In this document: piece after piece, positions 32,321 to 43,679 of the stretch
Position numbering within the stretch: the first letter of the stretch is position 1
How the letters are laid out: the number at the start of each line of letters is the position of its first letter
NCBI GenBank assembly: GCA_963721455.1
Contig: CAVRJG010000041.1
Coordinates: 59,665 to 123,664 of the forward strand
Length of the DNA: 64,000 nucleotides
DNA from: an uncultured Methanosarcinaceae archaeon
GTDB lineage: Archaea > Halobacteriota > Methanosarcinia > Methanosarcinales > Methanosarcinaceae
Reading direction: 5' to 3'
Program-made: the position numbers and the translations under genes
The notes under the pieces: model-generated
The model's database searches: none
What the model was told of the DNA's origin: nothing
The model's input: only the letters and a program-made list of their open reading frames with translations

Positions 32321-32516
32321 TTTTCAAGGTTACAATCTTACAAAATTACAATTCTTTTCCTGTTTTCCGTATTTTCCTTATTTTTCGGTGGTTATGGAGT
32401 TTTGAGTGAGTTTTTCCGGCTGGTTCTTGCTTTCCAAGGTTACGGAATCTGGGATGAGCTAAGTGTAAATCTCTTTTTCGAAATCTTGATATTAGATTAT
32501 CCGGATCTAAACAAAT

Positions 32517-33473
32517 ATGCTTTTACAGGAACTCCTTGGCATCGATGAAGAGGTCTATTTTGTGGAAGAGAGTTATCTCTCCCAGAGAACCATTGAGCGT
32601 ACGCTTCAGTATCTCAATGGAATCCGGAACTTTGCGGAGGAACGGCGGATGAGGCTCGTGAGGGTTCGGGAAGGGGGGCACACTCTCGGGCTGCTGCTCT
32701 TTAATCCGGCAGATGAGGACGTCCCTGTTGATTTCTGGTCGGTTTTTACGGGGTCACTTGCAGTATCTCCTTTGAAAAGGGAGTTTGAAGCTCTTGCAGA
32801 TTCGCTTCTTACCTCTAATCTACCTGAAAAAGATATTGAGATTTCTTCCGAAAGCTGGCGGGATGCCGTGAATGAGTATTACTCCCTAATGCTTGTAAAC
32901 CGGAACCTCTGTCCTGGTTGTGCTGTCAGGCCCGAGTCTTACCGGCGCGTCTTTTCTGAAAACCGTGTTCGGAGAGTCGCAGAAATCTTTGATATTCTTC
33001 AAAAAAAGGGATTTTATCCCGAAGGCAGGCTTCTTGAAGTCTGCTGTGGGAACGGGATGTCCACGCTTGCTCTCTACAGGCTTGGACTGGACCCGCTGGC
33101 TGTAGAAATCAGCAAATGTGCAGTCTGCCAGGGCCTTGAACAGGGAGTACTGAACCCTCAAAGAGCCATGGTAATGGATGCAACTGTTCTTTCCAGGTAT
33201 TTCGAGCCAGGAAGCTTTGATGCCGTAATGGGGTTTATGCTTGGGCTTGTCTATGAATTTAACAAAGAACTCTGGACAGGCATTATCAGAGAGGCGGTCT
33301 CGGTTGCCAGCGAAGGCGCTCTCTTGCTCTTCACAGTTAGCAGCAAACCCGAGATTGAAATTCTCGCCAGGGCTCTGCTCAGGGCAGGAGTAAAAGGTGA
33401 GATTGTGGACAATACGGACTCTGAGGGGACATACGATCAATGGTTCTTCGTAGGAAGAAAACAAAGCACTTAA
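32517..33473 (+). CDS. Class I SAM-dependent methyltransferase
   Basis: LLEVCCGNG motif I, AVEIS, MDA, FDAVMGF. Confidence 0.8.
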   Translation: MLLQELLGIDEEVYFVEESYLSQRTIERTLQYLNGIRNFAEERRMRLVRVREGGHTLGLLLFNPADEDVPVDFWSVFTGSLAVSPLKREFEALADSLLTSNLPEKDIEISSESWRDAVNEYYSLMLVNRNLCPGCAVRPESYRRVFSENRVRRVAEIFDILQKKGFYPEGRLLEVCCGNGMSTLALYRLGLDPLAVEISKCAVCQGLEQGVLNPQRAMVMDATVLSRYFEPGSFDAVMGFMLGLVYEFNKELWTGIIREAVSVASEGALLLFTVSSKPEIEILARALLRAGVKGEIVDNTDSEGTYDQWFFVGRKQST

Positions 33474-33519
33474 TTTGCAGGTTGTGGTGGATTTCAGGAG
33501 ATCTGTTTCTTTGCCTCAA

Positions 33520-33685
33520 GTAAACTACCCCCAGGCTAAAGACCCATGAGCTTCCTGATTCATAGACTACTGCATCGATTCCTAAGCAGGTTCACAAAAG
33601 TTGATTTTTGAACCTATTTGCCGATCACTAATTTCCCACTAAATCAGGAATTTATTTTGGAATCGAAGCTCCAGGGGTTTTACAC
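33520..33685 (-). mobile_element. Non-autonomous IS200/IS605 (tnpB-type) remnant
   Basis: Minus strand ends ..ATGAATCAGGAAGCTCATGGGTCTTTAGCCTGGGGGTAGTTTAC, like IS605 right ends; the other end is GTGTAAAACCCCTGGAGCTT. Confidence 0.6.
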
Positions 33686-34241
33686 TTCTCCTTATAAATA
33701 TATCTTTTAATTTCAATTTTTAGATGATTTTTTCTGATTTTATGCTTTAATATTTTATACTTTAAAGTCCATTTTGAATATGCTGTTTTGTTTTTCCAGA
33801 GATCAAAGAGTTCTCTTCTTACAGATTTTGACGATTTTCCAATCCGAGAACTTTTCCCTGAAAATCATGTTTATTTAATGTTAACAGCCGAAAAGTATAT
33901 ACTTGTTAACAATGGTATATTAAAGAATTCATGCCAACGCGATATTTATCGAGTATTGCGTTTTAGTCTGTAAAATTGATTTTCTCCTGCTTGCTTTCCG
34001 GGATTCGGTTAAATCTAACCGAAAAACCCTTTCTCCGGCAAAATCGAAGGAAATTGCATAGAAATTGCATAGAAATTGCAAGCAGTGGATTTATACACTT
34101 TACTCAAACCGGATCAAGATTTCAACCCGGATAGTTTCGGAAATATCAAAAGAAATCCACCGGGAAAAAGTTATTCCCGAAAAGTATGCTATCAGGATAA
34201 GTAAAACAAGTTATTTTGATTCGATTTCAAGAGGTTCATCC

Positions 34242-35963
34242 ATGAGTGTAAAAATTACCGAAACCGTCCTCCGGGATGCGCACCAGTCTCTCCTGGCAAC
34301 CAGAATGCGGACAAGAGACATGCTCGAAGTGGTTGAACAATTGGACCAGATCGGGTATTTCTCCCTTGAAATGTGGGGAGGCGCTACCTTTGACAGCTGT
34401 ATCCGCTACCTGAATGAAGACCCCTGGCAGCGCCTGAGGGACATCAAGAAAAAGATGGATAATACCTGTGCTCAGATGCTACTAAGGGGCCAGAACCTTG
34501 TAGGGTACAGGCACTATTCGGATGACGTGGTCGAGAAATTCGTTACTAAGTCCTACCAAAACGGAATTGATGTTTTCCGGGTCTTCGATGCTGTCAACGA
34601 TATACGGAACATGGAAATGTCAATTAAAGTGGCAAACAGGCTTGGTGCTCATGTACAGGGTACGGTTTGTTACACCATAAGTCCGGTGCACACAGTTGAA
34701 AAATACGTGGAACTTGCAAAACAGCTTGAAGAGCTTGAGTGCGATTCCATTTGCATCAAAGATATGGCAGGTCTTCTCTCACCTCACGAAGCCATCGAGA
34801 TAATCAGTGCCATAAAGAAAGAACTCTCCATTCCGATTTCCCTGCACTGCCACTGCACCTCTGGAATGGCCCCTATGAGCTATATGGCAGCCTGTGGGGC
34901 AGGAGTGGATATTCTGGATACGGCACTTTCTCCCCTTGCCTGGGGAACTTCTCAGCCTCCGACTGAAACCGTTATAGCAGCCCTAAAAGGCACTCCTTAC
35001 GACACCGGTCTGGATCTTGGAGCTTTTGAAGAGGTTGTTGCATATTTTAAGGGTTTAAAAGAGAAATACAGGGGAATTCTTGACCCTATTTCCGAACAGA
35101 TCGATACTAATGTTCTTATCTACCAGATTCCTGGCGGAATGCTCTCAAACCTGGTTTCTCAGTTAAAGGAGCAGAATGCTCTTGACAAGTACGCCGCCGT
35201 TCTTAATGAAATGCCCAGGGTTAGAGAAGAACTCGGATATCCACCTCTTGTTACCCCTACGAGTCAAATAGTCGGTACTCAGGCAGTGCTTAATGTACTC
35301 ATGGGCGAACGCTACAAGGTTATTCCAAAAGAAGTGAAAGACTACGTTCGCGGGCTTTACGGGCGATCACCTGCTCCTATTAGCCCGGAAATAGTAGGCA
35401 AGATAATCGGAGACGAGGAACCCATTCACTGTCGGCCTGCAGACCTCCTTAAGCCTGAATACGAGAAGAGGAAAAAAGAAGCAGAGCAAATGGGCATTGC
35501 AAAGTCCGAAGAAGACATACTTACCTACATTCTCTACCCAGCTATCGCCCCCAAGTTCCTCAAAGGAGAAATGGAAGAAGAAGCTCTCGCAGCAGTTGCT
35601 CCCTCACCTGCAGTCCAGCAGGGGTATACAGTCCCAACCCATTTCAGGGTCGAGGTGGACGATGAGGTTTATGAGGTCAAGATCGAGCCTATAGGCGGTG
35701 GAGTTTCCATATCCGAAGCTTCCCAAAGAAAGCCGAGTGTCGAGGCCGTTAAAGGAGGTGTTAGCAGCTCAATGCAGGGTATGGTTCTTTCTCTTAAGGT
35801 CAAGGTTGAAGACATAGTGGCAGAAGGAGATACAGTCGCTGTCATCGAAGCTATGAAGATGGAAAACTCTGTCCATGCTCCCCATTCAGGTATCGTAAAA
35901 GAGATTTTTGTTTCCGAAGGGGATACAGTATCTCCCGGTGACATAATACTGTCAATTGAGTAA
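34242..35963 (+). CDS. pycB: Pyruvate carboxylase subunit B (carboxyltransferase plus biotin carrier)
   Basis: [38 protein letters not shown] biotin site. Confidence 0.95.
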   Translation: MSVKITETVLRDAHQSLLATRMRTRDMLEVVEQLDQIGYFSLEMWGGATFDSCIRYLNEDPWQRLRDIKKKMDNTCAQMLLRGQNLVGYRHYSDDVVEKFVTKSYQNGIDVFRVFDAVNDIRNMEMSIKVANRLGAHVQGTVCYTISPVHTVEKYVELAKQLEELECDSICIKDMAGLLSPHEAIEIISAIKKELSIPISLHCHCTSGMAPMSYMAACGAGVDILDTALSPLAWGTSQPPTETVIAALKGTPYDTGLDLGAFEEVVAYFKGLKEKYRGILDPISEQIDTNVLIYQIPGGMLSNLVSQLKEQNALDKYAAVLNEMPRVREELGYPPLVTPTSQIVGTQAVLNVLMGERYKVIPKEVKDYVRGLYGRSPAPISPEIVGKIIGDEEPIHCRPADLLKPEYEKRKKEAEQMGIAKSEEDILTYILYPAIAPKFLKGEMEEEALAAVAPSPAVQQGYTVPTHFRVEVDDEVYEVKIEPIGGGVSISEASQRKPSVEAVKGGVSSSMQGMVLSLKVKVEDIVAEGDTVAVIEAMKMENSVHAPHSGIVKEIFVSEGDTVSPGDIILSIE

Positions 35964-35985
35964 ATGTAACGAGGTGGAAGGTATC

Positions 35986-37467
35986 ATGTTCAAAAAAGTA
36001 CTCATTGCAAACCGCGGTGAGATTGCGATCAGGGTTATGCGTGCCTGCCGGGAGCTTGGGATTTCCACTGTGGCTGTCTGTTCGGAAGCCGACAAAAATG
36101 CCCTCTTTGCCAAATATGCAGACGAGGCCTACCTTATAGGCCCGGCTCCTTCCAGCCAGAGCTACCTCAATATGGAAGCTATCCTTACAGTTGCAAAAAG
36201 TACCGGGTCCGATGCAATCCATCCGGGATACGGCTTTCTTTCCGAAAACCCTGTCTTTGCAAAACGCTGTGAAGAAGAAGGGATTGTATTCATCGGCCCA
36301 CCCAGCCATGTTATTGCCGAGATGGGAAGCAAGATCAGGGCCAGGAATCTTATGATGAAAGCCGGTGTACCTGTTGTGCCCGGGACGAAGGACGCAGTTG
36401 AGGATGTGGACGAAGCTCTAAAAGTAGCGGAGGAGATCGGCTATCCAGTTTTGATTAAAGCATCCGCAGGAGGCGGTGGAATCGGGATGAAAGTAGTTCA
36501 TTCCAGGGGAGAACTCGCCAGCGCACTCAGTTCTACCAGGCAAATGGCTGGCTCGGCTTTTGGGGACTCTTCGGTTTTTATCGAAAAATATGTGGAAGAA
36601 CCCAGGCACATAGAGATTCAGATCCTGGCCGATGGGTATGGGAACACAGTTTATCTCTCGGATAGGGAATGCTCCATCCAGAGACGACATCAGAAGCTTA
36701 TTGAAGAAGCCCCTTCCCCTATCATGACCCCTGAACTCAGGGCGCAGATGGGAGACGCCGCCGTAAGAGTAGCAAAGACGATTGGCTACGTAAACGCAGG
36801 GACAGTAGAGTTTCTTTATTCAAAAGGCAATTTCTATTTCCTTGAAGTCAATACCCGTTTGCAGGTGGAACATGGGATAACTGAGATGGTCACCGGCATT
36901 GATATTGTAAGGGAGCAGCTCAGGATAGCCTGGGGAGAAAAGCTTGAGTTTGAGCAGGAAGATATCGTTATCGACGGGCATTCTATTGAGTGCAGGATCA
37001 ATGCGGAAGATCCGTTAAATGATTTTGCTCCTTCCCCTGGAAAGATCCGGGGATACCGGTCTGCAGGCGGTCCGGGAGTCAGGGTGGACAGCGGAGTGCA
37101 TACAGGTTATACGATTTCCCCGTATTATGACTCAATGATCTCGAAGCTCTGCGTCTGGGCAAAGACAAGAGATATAGCGATTGCCAGGATGGAAAGAGCT
37201 CTTTATGAGTATGTGGTTGTGGGAGTAAAGACCAATATACCCTTCCATAAAGCAGTTATGCGCAACCCGGCGTTTCGCAGGGGTGATCTTACAACTGCTT
37301 TTATTGAGGATCATAAAATTCTGGAATCCGTTGAAGAGGTTGTCAAAGCAGATGCCGAAAAAGGTGCTACTCTGGCTTCGGCTCTTGAAGCAAAAGACAA
37401 AAAGGTTGCGGCTATTACGGCTGCCGTGCACGCCTATGTGAGCATGGCACAGAAAACACAGCGGTGA
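35986..37467 (+). CDS. pycA: Pyruvate carboxylase subunit A (biotin carboxylase)
   Basis: [45 protein letters not shown]. Confidence 0.95.
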   Translation: MFKKVLIANRGEIAIRVMRACRELGISTVAVCSEADKNALFAKYADEAYLIGPAPSSQSYLNMEAILTVAKSTGSDAIHPGYGFLSENPVFAKRCEEEGIVFIGPPSHVIAEMGSKIRARNLMMKAGVPVVPGTKDAVEDVDEALKVAEEIGYPVLIKASAGGGGIGMKVVHSRGELASALSSTRQMAGSAFGDSSVFIEKYVEEPRHIEIQILADGYGNTVYLSDRECSIQRRHQKLIEEAPSPIMTPELRAQMGDAAVRVAKTIGYVNAGTVEFLYSKGNFYFLEVNTRLQVEHGITEMVTGIDIVREQLRIAWGEKLEFEQEDIVIDGHSIECRINAEDPLNDFAPSPGKIRGYRSAGGPGVRVDSGVHTGYTISPYYDSMISKLCVWAKTRDIAIARMERALYEYVVVGVKTNIPFHKAVMRNPAFRRGDLTTAFIEDHKILESVEEVVKADAEKGATLASALEAKDKKVAAITAAVHAYVSMAQKTQR

Positions 37468-37579
37468 CAGGTCCACTCCTGAGAAACAGGAACAGTATAT
37501 TCTGGTCAGTTTGACATGAAACAATTTGAACTAAAAAAATATATACGGTGGAACGTATACCTTTGTATGGGGTGCATGG

Positions 37580-38557
37580 ATGGGAGATAAAAGGTCTCGA
37601 ATTATCAAGGCACTTAAAGATGCACAGAGAAGCCCTGTTTCAGGAGAGGAATTGGGGCTCAAGCTAGGGATCTCCAGGACAATGGTCTGGAAGTATATCA
37701 AGTCCCTTCAGGCTGATGGTTATGAGATAGAATCATCTCCGAAGAGGGGCTATGTCCTGAAATCCGTACCTCAACTCCTGTACCCGGAAGAAATCCAGAT
37801 GGGGCTCAAAACAACTCTTCTGGGGCAGAATATTCATTATTTCGAAGAAGCGAATTCTACAAATAGTGTTGCAAAAGAAATTGCGGCTGCCGAAGAAGAA
37901 GGAACGCTTGTAATCGCTGAAATTCAGAAGGGAGGCAGAGGCCGCATGGGAAGGGAATGGGTTTCCCCTCATGGCGGGATATGGATGTCTGTGATCCTGA
38001 AACCCGGAATTCCTCTCAGGCACGCATCGAGGCTTACTCTGGTTGCCGGGCTTGCGGTTGCAAACGTAATTCGCAATATGGGCCTTGACGCCCGCATTAA
38101 ATGGCCAAACGATGTCCGGATCAATGGAAAAAAAGTCTGTGGAATCCTTACTGAGGCAAAAGCTGAAGTGGATAGAGTGGACTATGTTGTGCTGGGAATA
38201 GGGATCAATGTAAATATGGACTTAAAAGATATTCCCGAGTCTTTCCGTGCAGGCTCCACAACTCTGAAAGTCGAGCTTGGAAGGCACATAAAAAGGGTTT
38301 CGTTCCTGCAGGATTTTCTCCTGGAGCTTGAGCAGCAGTACATAAATTTCAAGACCCAGCCTTTCTCACACATTCTGAACGACTGGCTTGCCCTTTCGGA
38401 TACCATCGGAAGAGAGGTAAAGGTCACGACGCCTTCACGAATTATAGAAGGCAAAGCCGTGGGAGTAACCCCTGACGGAGCTCTTATAATAAGAAAAGCA
38501 GACGATACCAGAGAAGAAATTATTGCAGGCAGATGCATTTATGCGCGTCCCAGATAA
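37580..38557 (+). CDS. birA: Biotin-protein ligase with N-terminal HTH
   Basis: SGEELG..SRTMVWK, STN, GRGRMGREW, KWPND, KVCGIL. Confidence 0.95.
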   Translation: MGDKRSRIIKALKDAQRSPVSGEELGLKLGISRTMVWKYIKSLQADGYEIESSPKRGYVLKSVPQLLYPEEIQMGLKTTLLGQNIHYFEEANSTNSVAKEIAAAEEEGTLVIAEIQKGGRGRMGREWVSPHGGIWMSVILKPGIPLRHASRLTLVAGLAVANVIRNMGLDARIKWPNDVRINGKKVCGILTEAKAEVDRVDYVVLGIGINVNMDLKDIPESFRAGSTTLKVELGRHIKRVSFLQDFLLELEQQYINFKTQPFSHILNDWLALSDTIGREVKVTTPSRIIEGKAVGVTPDGALIIRKADDTREEIIAGRCIYARPR

Positions 38558-39161
38558 ACACGGCAAAAAGGAGGATAAGGAGTCAAAAATTAGTCATGTA
38601 TTTTCCTTTTTCCTTCTTATCTCCTTATTCTTTTCAGTTGTCTTTTACTCCATGTCACCTGCTTTAGCTGCTGACAATGAAGAAAAGCTCTCCATTGTTC
38701 TGATCGATGGAGAAGAGATTTATGTGAGGTCAGGCAATTCCAGTACTTTTTTACAGGACTATCAGCTTTATGTAAAAGGCACGGATACTGAAGGCAGAAG
38801 AGTCTGGATTGAACTTAGCAGACAAGGGGTTCTCCTTCAGGATGCCATTGTCACTGAAGGCTCTCAGTTTGTATATTCGCAGAATTCTACCGAGGTTCTT
38901 AATCTGACTGTGAATACGGTATATGCAGGAGCAGACGGAGTGCTGGTCAGGTTCTCACCTGTATATCAATATCTCAATCCCAGGCTTCCTATGCCGCAGG
39001 CGCCGGTCGAATCTCTTACCAATTCTTCGAATAATAGCTCTTCCGACTCCCCGGAACTGGAAACCCAGGCAGAGGGTTTTGATATGCCCCTTTTTCTCCT
39101 CGGCCTGGGGGCTGTGCTTCTCTTTACTGGTTTTTTTGCAGGAAAAGGGCAGAAAAAATAG
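38523..39161 (+). CDS. Secreted S-layer-like domain protein with C-terminal membrane anchor (start uncertain)
   Basis: Hydrophobic N-terminal segment, beta-rich core, S/P/N linker, GF..TM..KK tail. Confidence 0.6.
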   Translation: MQADAFMRVPDKHGKKEDKESKISHVFSFFLLISLFFSVVFYSMSPALAADNEEKLSIVLIDGEEIYVRSGNSSTFLQDYQLYVKGTDTEGRRVWIELSRQGVLLQDAIVTEGSQFVYSQNSTEVLNLTVNTVYAGADGVLVRFSPVYQYLNPRLPMPQAPVESLTNSSNNSSSDSPELETQAEGFDMPLFLLGLGAVLLFTGFFAGKGQKK

Positions 39162-39272
39162 ATTTTCTTTAATGCTGCAACTGGTAAGGAAATTCAATGA
39201 AAAGAAGCAAGCCGGGGATTGTTTCTTTAAAATCCATTTTCGTCGCCGGCTTCTTATGAGTTTCCTGATCTC

Positions 39273-40232
39273 TTACTCGTTGGAGAATTTGACGTCCCCT
39301 TTTTCGATAAGGAGCTTAAGGTCTTCCAGGCTCAAACGAGCGTTTTTCTGGAGCTTTTCACGGGCATCACTGTGTTTCTGGCTTACTTTGTGCTCGTCTT
39401 TAGTAAGCTGCACGTCTTTCAACCTGTCAAGGTACAGGGAGAGTTCCTTCCGGCTGTTAGCAATGCTGGTTTTAAGGGGGTCAATTTTTTCTTTGATTGA
39501 ATTTATATTTATGATTTTATCCGTAAGCTGGGCATGGTACATATTTGCTTCTTTTCGGATCTCGTCGGCTGATTTGAAATTTTCGAGCATTTCAAGATGG
39601 CAGGCCTGAGATTCATCTGAGAGTACCTGGATTTTTTCATGGAATTCGTCTCCCTCTTTGTGAATTCCCTTTGACTCTTTATAACTTTCCTGGATTTGTG
39701 AGTGCAATTCATTTGCCTTTTTTGCAGCGTCAAGGCGCTTGCTAAGGTCATTCAATTTCTGGAATATTTTAATTTCCACTGCAAAAGGCAGTTCCTTATT
39801 AAGGAAAGCGTCAAGTTCGGCTTCATAAGCCGTTGAGAGAGATTCCACGCTTCCATGGGAAAGCTTGTTGCACTCATCCCTCTGGTCCTTCAGTCCCGCA
39901 ATTCCTAAAAACAGTTCTTGCGTCTTTGAATTTACGTTACTTCTTTTTCCCTTGTACTCGCCAATTTGCTTGTTAATCTCGTCCCGTTTATCTCTCAGTT
40001 CCTGTGCTTTTGCAACCCTTTCCTTAACCTGCTGGTTCAGGGAGTCTCTCTTTCCTTTCAGTTCGTCGATATCGGTCCTGTTTATTTTCAGGTCCTTAAA
40101 AATCGAAGCCAACTGTCTTTCGCTTTTCTCGATCTTGCTCCTGAGCTCGTTTACCTTGCCCTTCAGCTCCCGTTCGTTAAGGTTTGGAAGGTCGGCCGTT
40201 GCAATTTCTGTAGTTGAAACGTCGTTGTTCAT
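39273..40232 (-). CDS. Archaeal coiled-coil protein (COG1340-like)
   Basis: Heptad-rich, KRDSLN/KRDEIN repeats, C-terminal LSLEDL. Confidence 0.75.
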   Translation of the reverse strand: MNNDVSTTEIATADLPNLNERELKGKVNELRSKIEKSERQLASIFKDLKINRTDIDELKGKRDSLNQQVKERVAKAQELRDKRDEINKQIGEYKGKRSNVNSKTQELFLGIAGLKDQRDECNKLSHGSVESLSTAYEAELDAFLNKELPFAVEIKIFQKLNDLSKRLDAAKKANELHSQIQESYKESKGIHKEGDEFHEKIQVLSDESQACHLEMLENFKSADEIRKEANMYHAQLTDKIININSIKEKIDPLKTSIANSRKELSLYLDRLKDVQLTKDEHKVSQKHSDAREKLQKNARLSLEDLKLLIEKGDVKFSNE

Positions 40233-40263
40233 GTACTACCACCCGTGTGTTTTCGAAAAAGGG

Positions 40264-40887
40264 TTATACTTTCAATTTCTCCCAGTAATTCAGGGCGTCT
40301 TCGTTGTTTTTTATTTTGCTGCTGAGCCATTTGTGCTGGGATTTGCTTTTAGAAATCTCTTCATTCTTGCTGCCATCATTCTCTTCAAGCTGCTTTTCAG
40401 ACTGTATTATTTCGTTCAGTTCAAGATTCGAATTCCTGGCTTCCTCTAATCTGGCCTCGGTTTGCAGGAGAAAGTTCTCTCCAGATCCCGCTGCCCGAAT
40501 AATCTCGCGCAGGTTTTCCATAAATGACTCTTCAAGTTTCTGCTCCTCTCCGGGTTCTATCTGGCCTTTGAGTTTTTTAATATCTTCCTTGAGTTTACTG
40601 ACAGTCATCTGGTCCAGTTTCGGGAAGAGTTCTTTTTCGAGCAGTGCTTCTGCCTGATGGTAAAACTGTTGCCGCTTTTCCTTCAGGACCTCTTTTCTTT
40701 CCGCCATCCGGATTCTGGAATTCTTTGAATTATTTACGTCCTCTTCAACCTGGGTCAGCCTGCTGTCAAGTTCTTCAAATTCTTTTCGGTCTTCTTCCAG
40801 AAACCGTCTGTGTTTTTCCACAACCGCGGAGATCAGCTCCCCTTCTGTTAGTACTCTGATCCCGGCCTTTTCTATGTTTTCATTCAC
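40264..40887 (-). CDS. Coiled-coil hypothetical protein
   Basis: E/K-rich heptads; co-oriented with the 39273 gene. Confidence 0.7.
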   Translation of the reverse strand: MNENIEKAGIRVLTEGELISAVVEKHRRFLEEDRKEFEELDSRLTQVEEDVNNSKNSRIRMAERKEVLKEKRQQFYHQAEALLEKELFPKLDQMTVSKLKEDIKKLKGQIEPGEEQKLEESFMENLREIIRAAGSGENFLLQTEARLEEARNSNLELNEIIQSEKQLEENDGSKNEEISKSKSQHKWLSSKIKNNEDALNYWEKLKV

Positions 40888-41017
40888 TGTATCACAATCT
40901 GTATTTGTATTTTATATATATGTTATTCTATCCCGGACATAACCAGCCCTGAAAGCTAAACCAGGCTGATTTCTTGCTGCATTTAGCTTCTCCAGGTGTC
41001 AATCCTGCAATATCGGA

Positions 41018-41308
41018 TCAAATCCTGAAGATCTGGGCATGTGGCACACCATCGATCATTATCACGGAATCCGGATCAATAAACCCGCACTTTACGGCAC
41101 ATTTGATCGTTTTTTCCCCAAAGAGATTTGCAGTCGTAGCTTTTTGAAGGGCATTTTGAAGTTCTTCATCGGAGACATATTCCCCTTCATAAAAGGCTCT
41201 GTTAATTTCAACTACGGTGTTGCCTTGCTTCAGGGTTTTTCCGAGCACTTCCTTATCGCAGGCTGCAACAAGAACATTCTCCCTTTTTTTATATATTTTT
41301 AGATACAT
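41018..41308 (-). CDS. DUF424 family protein
   Basis: LVAACD.EVLGK, FY.G, NLFG, GVPHAQ. Confidence 0.9.
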   Translation of the reverse strand: MYLKIYKKRENVLVAACDKEVLGKTLKQGNTVVEINRAFYEGEYVSDEELQNALQKATTANLFGEKTIKCAVKCGFIDPDSVIMIDGVPHAQIFRI

Positions 41309-41451
41309 AGTCTCCCTTTTGATTAGTATTTGCCCTTTTAGTATTTACAGCTTAACCGTCTCATATAATTGAACTGTGAGTAACTTCCTGCTTTGGGGGG
41401 TCTGGAAATTGTATCTTTTTTACAGTCCTCAGAGCTTTAATCCGTCTCAAA

Positions 41452-43560
41452 TTAATTGACAAGCCTTATATGGTTCTGATCCGGAGAAAGCAGGTCTCCT
41501 CCCTGCTTCATTTTCTTAATATACTCTTCGGCATGAGTCCTATCTATCCCGTGCCTGCTTTCAGCTTCTGTATACACTTCTTCCAACGGGGCTCCTTCTT
41601 TTCCGGGATGTCTCTCACTTACCTTTTTAATTACATCTCTCAGGTTTTTTATCTTGTTCCTCTGGCTCATGCTTGTGCCAGACGCGAGTATATCTGCGTC
41701 AAGGGCCCCTGTATCAGGGTCAATGCCCACGTTTTTCAGGCAATTCATAACGATTTTGACAGTTCGTTCTGCATCTTCAAGAGTGATTATATTGCTCAGA
41801 CGGACTCTTGCGCTCGCTTCCGAAAGGCGGACCAGGGCTTCAAGCTGCCTGGCTGTTACAGGCACAGGTGTGTCTTTGCTTTCTCCCGTTTTTCGAAGAT
41901 CCGTATAGAAATTTATCAGGTAAGACCTTGCATCGCTCTCCATTACCGGATAAACGTTTTTTCGGGCGTATGCAACGTATTTCCGCATGATTTCGGCTTC
42001 TATGACAGGTTCTATCACTTCCATTTCGGCTTCGATACGCTCTTCCGTAATCTGGGATCCCGGAAGTTTTTGCCGCTGCTCGAAGAGTTCTCCTGCATAA
42101 TGAGACTGAATAATATGGTTTGCAATCCTGCTGTCCAGGGCGTGATTAGGAGTATCGAGCAAAACAAAGATAAGGTCAAAACGGGAAAGCAGCGCCGGAG
42201 GCATGTTTATCTGCTCTGCGAGGCCTTCATAACGGTCAAAACGTCCGTATTTTGGATTTGCAGCTCCCAGAAGGGCGCAACGGGATTTAAGAGTGGCAAT
42301 AATCCCGGCTTTGGCTATACTTATGGTCTGCTGTTCCATCGCCTCGTGCAGGGCGCTTTTGTCCTCTGTCTTCATTTTGTCCATTTCGTCAACCGCAGCG
42401 ATACCCATATCAGCCATGACAAGGGCGCCACCTTCGATTGTCCATCTCCCGTCGTTCAGGTCATCTTTTACGGCAGCTGCAGTCAAACCGCTTGCAGACG
42501 CACTCCGGCCTGAAGTAAACACCCCTCTAGGGGATAGTTTGACCACATAGCGCAGGAGCTGGCTTTTTGCAATTCCCGGGTCTCCTACAAGCATAACATG
42601 GATATCGCCCCTTATCCTGGAGCCATCAGGAAGGTTTTTGACCACGCCTGAGAACAATTGAAGAGCAAGGGCTTCCTTTATGTCCTCATACCCGTAAATT
42701 GAAGGCGCAATAGAGCCAACAATTTTGTCGTAGATTACAGGGTCACGGGAAAGTTCAAGGATCTGTTCTTCATCTTCAGCAGTTATTTCAAGTTCGTCAT
42801 AATCCTTATCCAGGTGTTCGATGGAATTTGCTTCGATCACAAGGTCATAGAAGGTAGATTTTCCGTCTTTTAGAGTACGTTGCCTGGATTTCAGGACTCC
42901 GTTAATTATGACCCTGTCTCCCGGGGTGACATTTCCTGTCAGGTCGTCTTCAGAATCCACCTCAAGGCTCTGGGGCTGGGAACCTCCTTTGAGGTTTTCG
43001 GGAGATTCCTGAATCTGGAGTTTCTGGGCATCGATAAAGGTGGAATCCTCTATCATTACCTTAAAAGGCCCTTTCTTCCCACAGGTTTCATCTTCACAGC
43101 CTGCAAAGGGCTCCTCGAATTTGAAGCTGTTTTGCTCCACCACGGTCAGATGCCCGCACCTGAGGCACTGGAAAGCAGCTTTCGTGATCCTTGGCCTGAC
43201 CTCAGTAGCTTTCCTTATCATACCTTCGATTGCAACAAACCTGGAGAGGTGTTTGCTTCTGAGCTCCCTTATAGATATTCTATTCGGGATTTTTATTATC
43301 CTTACATGAGCCTGCTCAAGGCTCTTCTCCACAGGAAGGTCGATTTCTTTCAGTGCAGCTTCAGCTGCTTGTATAAGTTCTCCCGGATGCTCAAGAAACT
43401 CTTTTGAGAGCTCCCTGTCATATTTCTCTATATCCGTAAAATCCACGCCAAGGCTTCGCCGGTCCGGATACTCATTTGCAAGCTGGAGGATTTCATTCCA
43501 GTAGTAGTCTTTAAAAAACCTTTTTAGCTTTTCATCCCACTTGCTTTCTGTCTCAGTCAT
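41452..43560 (-). CDS. mcm: MCM replicative helicase
   Basis: Zn finger, GDPGIAKS, GLTAAAV, VDEMDKM, AANPKYGR, LSRFD, TARQLE; no intein. Confidence 0.98.
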   Translation of the reverse strand: MTETESKWDEKLKRFFKDYYWNEILQLANEYPDRRSLGVDFTDIEKYDRELSKEFLEHPGELIQAAEAALKEIDLPVEKSLEQAHVRIIKIPNRISIRELRSKHLSRFVAIEGMIRKATEVRPRITKAAFQCLRCGHLTVVEQNSFKFEEPFAGCEDETCGKKGPFKVMIEDSTFIDAQKLQIQESPENLKGGSQPQSLEVDSEDDLTGNVTPGDRVIINGVLKSRQRTLKDGKSTFYDLVIEANSIEHLDKDYDELEITAEDEEQILELSRDPVIYDKIVGSIAPSIYGYEDIKEALALQLFSGVVKNLPDGSRIRGDIHVMLVGDPGIAKSQLLRYVVKLSPRGVFTSGRSASASGLTAAAVKDDLNDGRWTIEGGALVMADMGIAAVDEMDKMKTEDKSALHEAMEQQTISIAKAGIIATLKSRCALLGAANPKYGRFDRYEGLAEQINMPPALLSRFDLIFVLLDTPNHALDSRIANHIIQSHYAGELFEQRQKLPGSQITEERIEAEMEVIEPVIEAEIMRKYVAYARKNVYPVMESDARSYLINFYTDLRKTGESKDTPVPVTARQLEALVRLSEASARVRLSNIITLEDAERTVKIVMNCLKNVGIDPDTGALDADILASGTSMSQRNKIKNLRDVIKKVSERHPGKEGAPLEEVYTEAESRHGIDRTHAEEYIKKMKQGGDLLSPDQNHIRLVN

Positions 43561-43679
43561 ATCATTCTCTGAACTATTTGGCTTTAGGTAAAATTTTCAT
43601 TCTTCAAGGTATTTCCTTTTTAAAAACGATTCTAAAAAAAGCTAAAAAATGTATCATAAATTCTGACGTAAGAACAGGT

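Noticed and set aside
32082-32548. Small ORFs upstream of the histone gene
   Set aside because: They run through REP-like repeats and show no protein-like signal.
41470-42513. Long antisense ORFs (also 5347-6279 and 23756-24574)
   Set aside because: Shadows of mcm, groEL and rqcH/pelA codon usage, with no recognisable motifs.
29505-43560. Inteins in RFC or MCM
   Set aside because: Both proteins are normal length with uninterrupted motifs.
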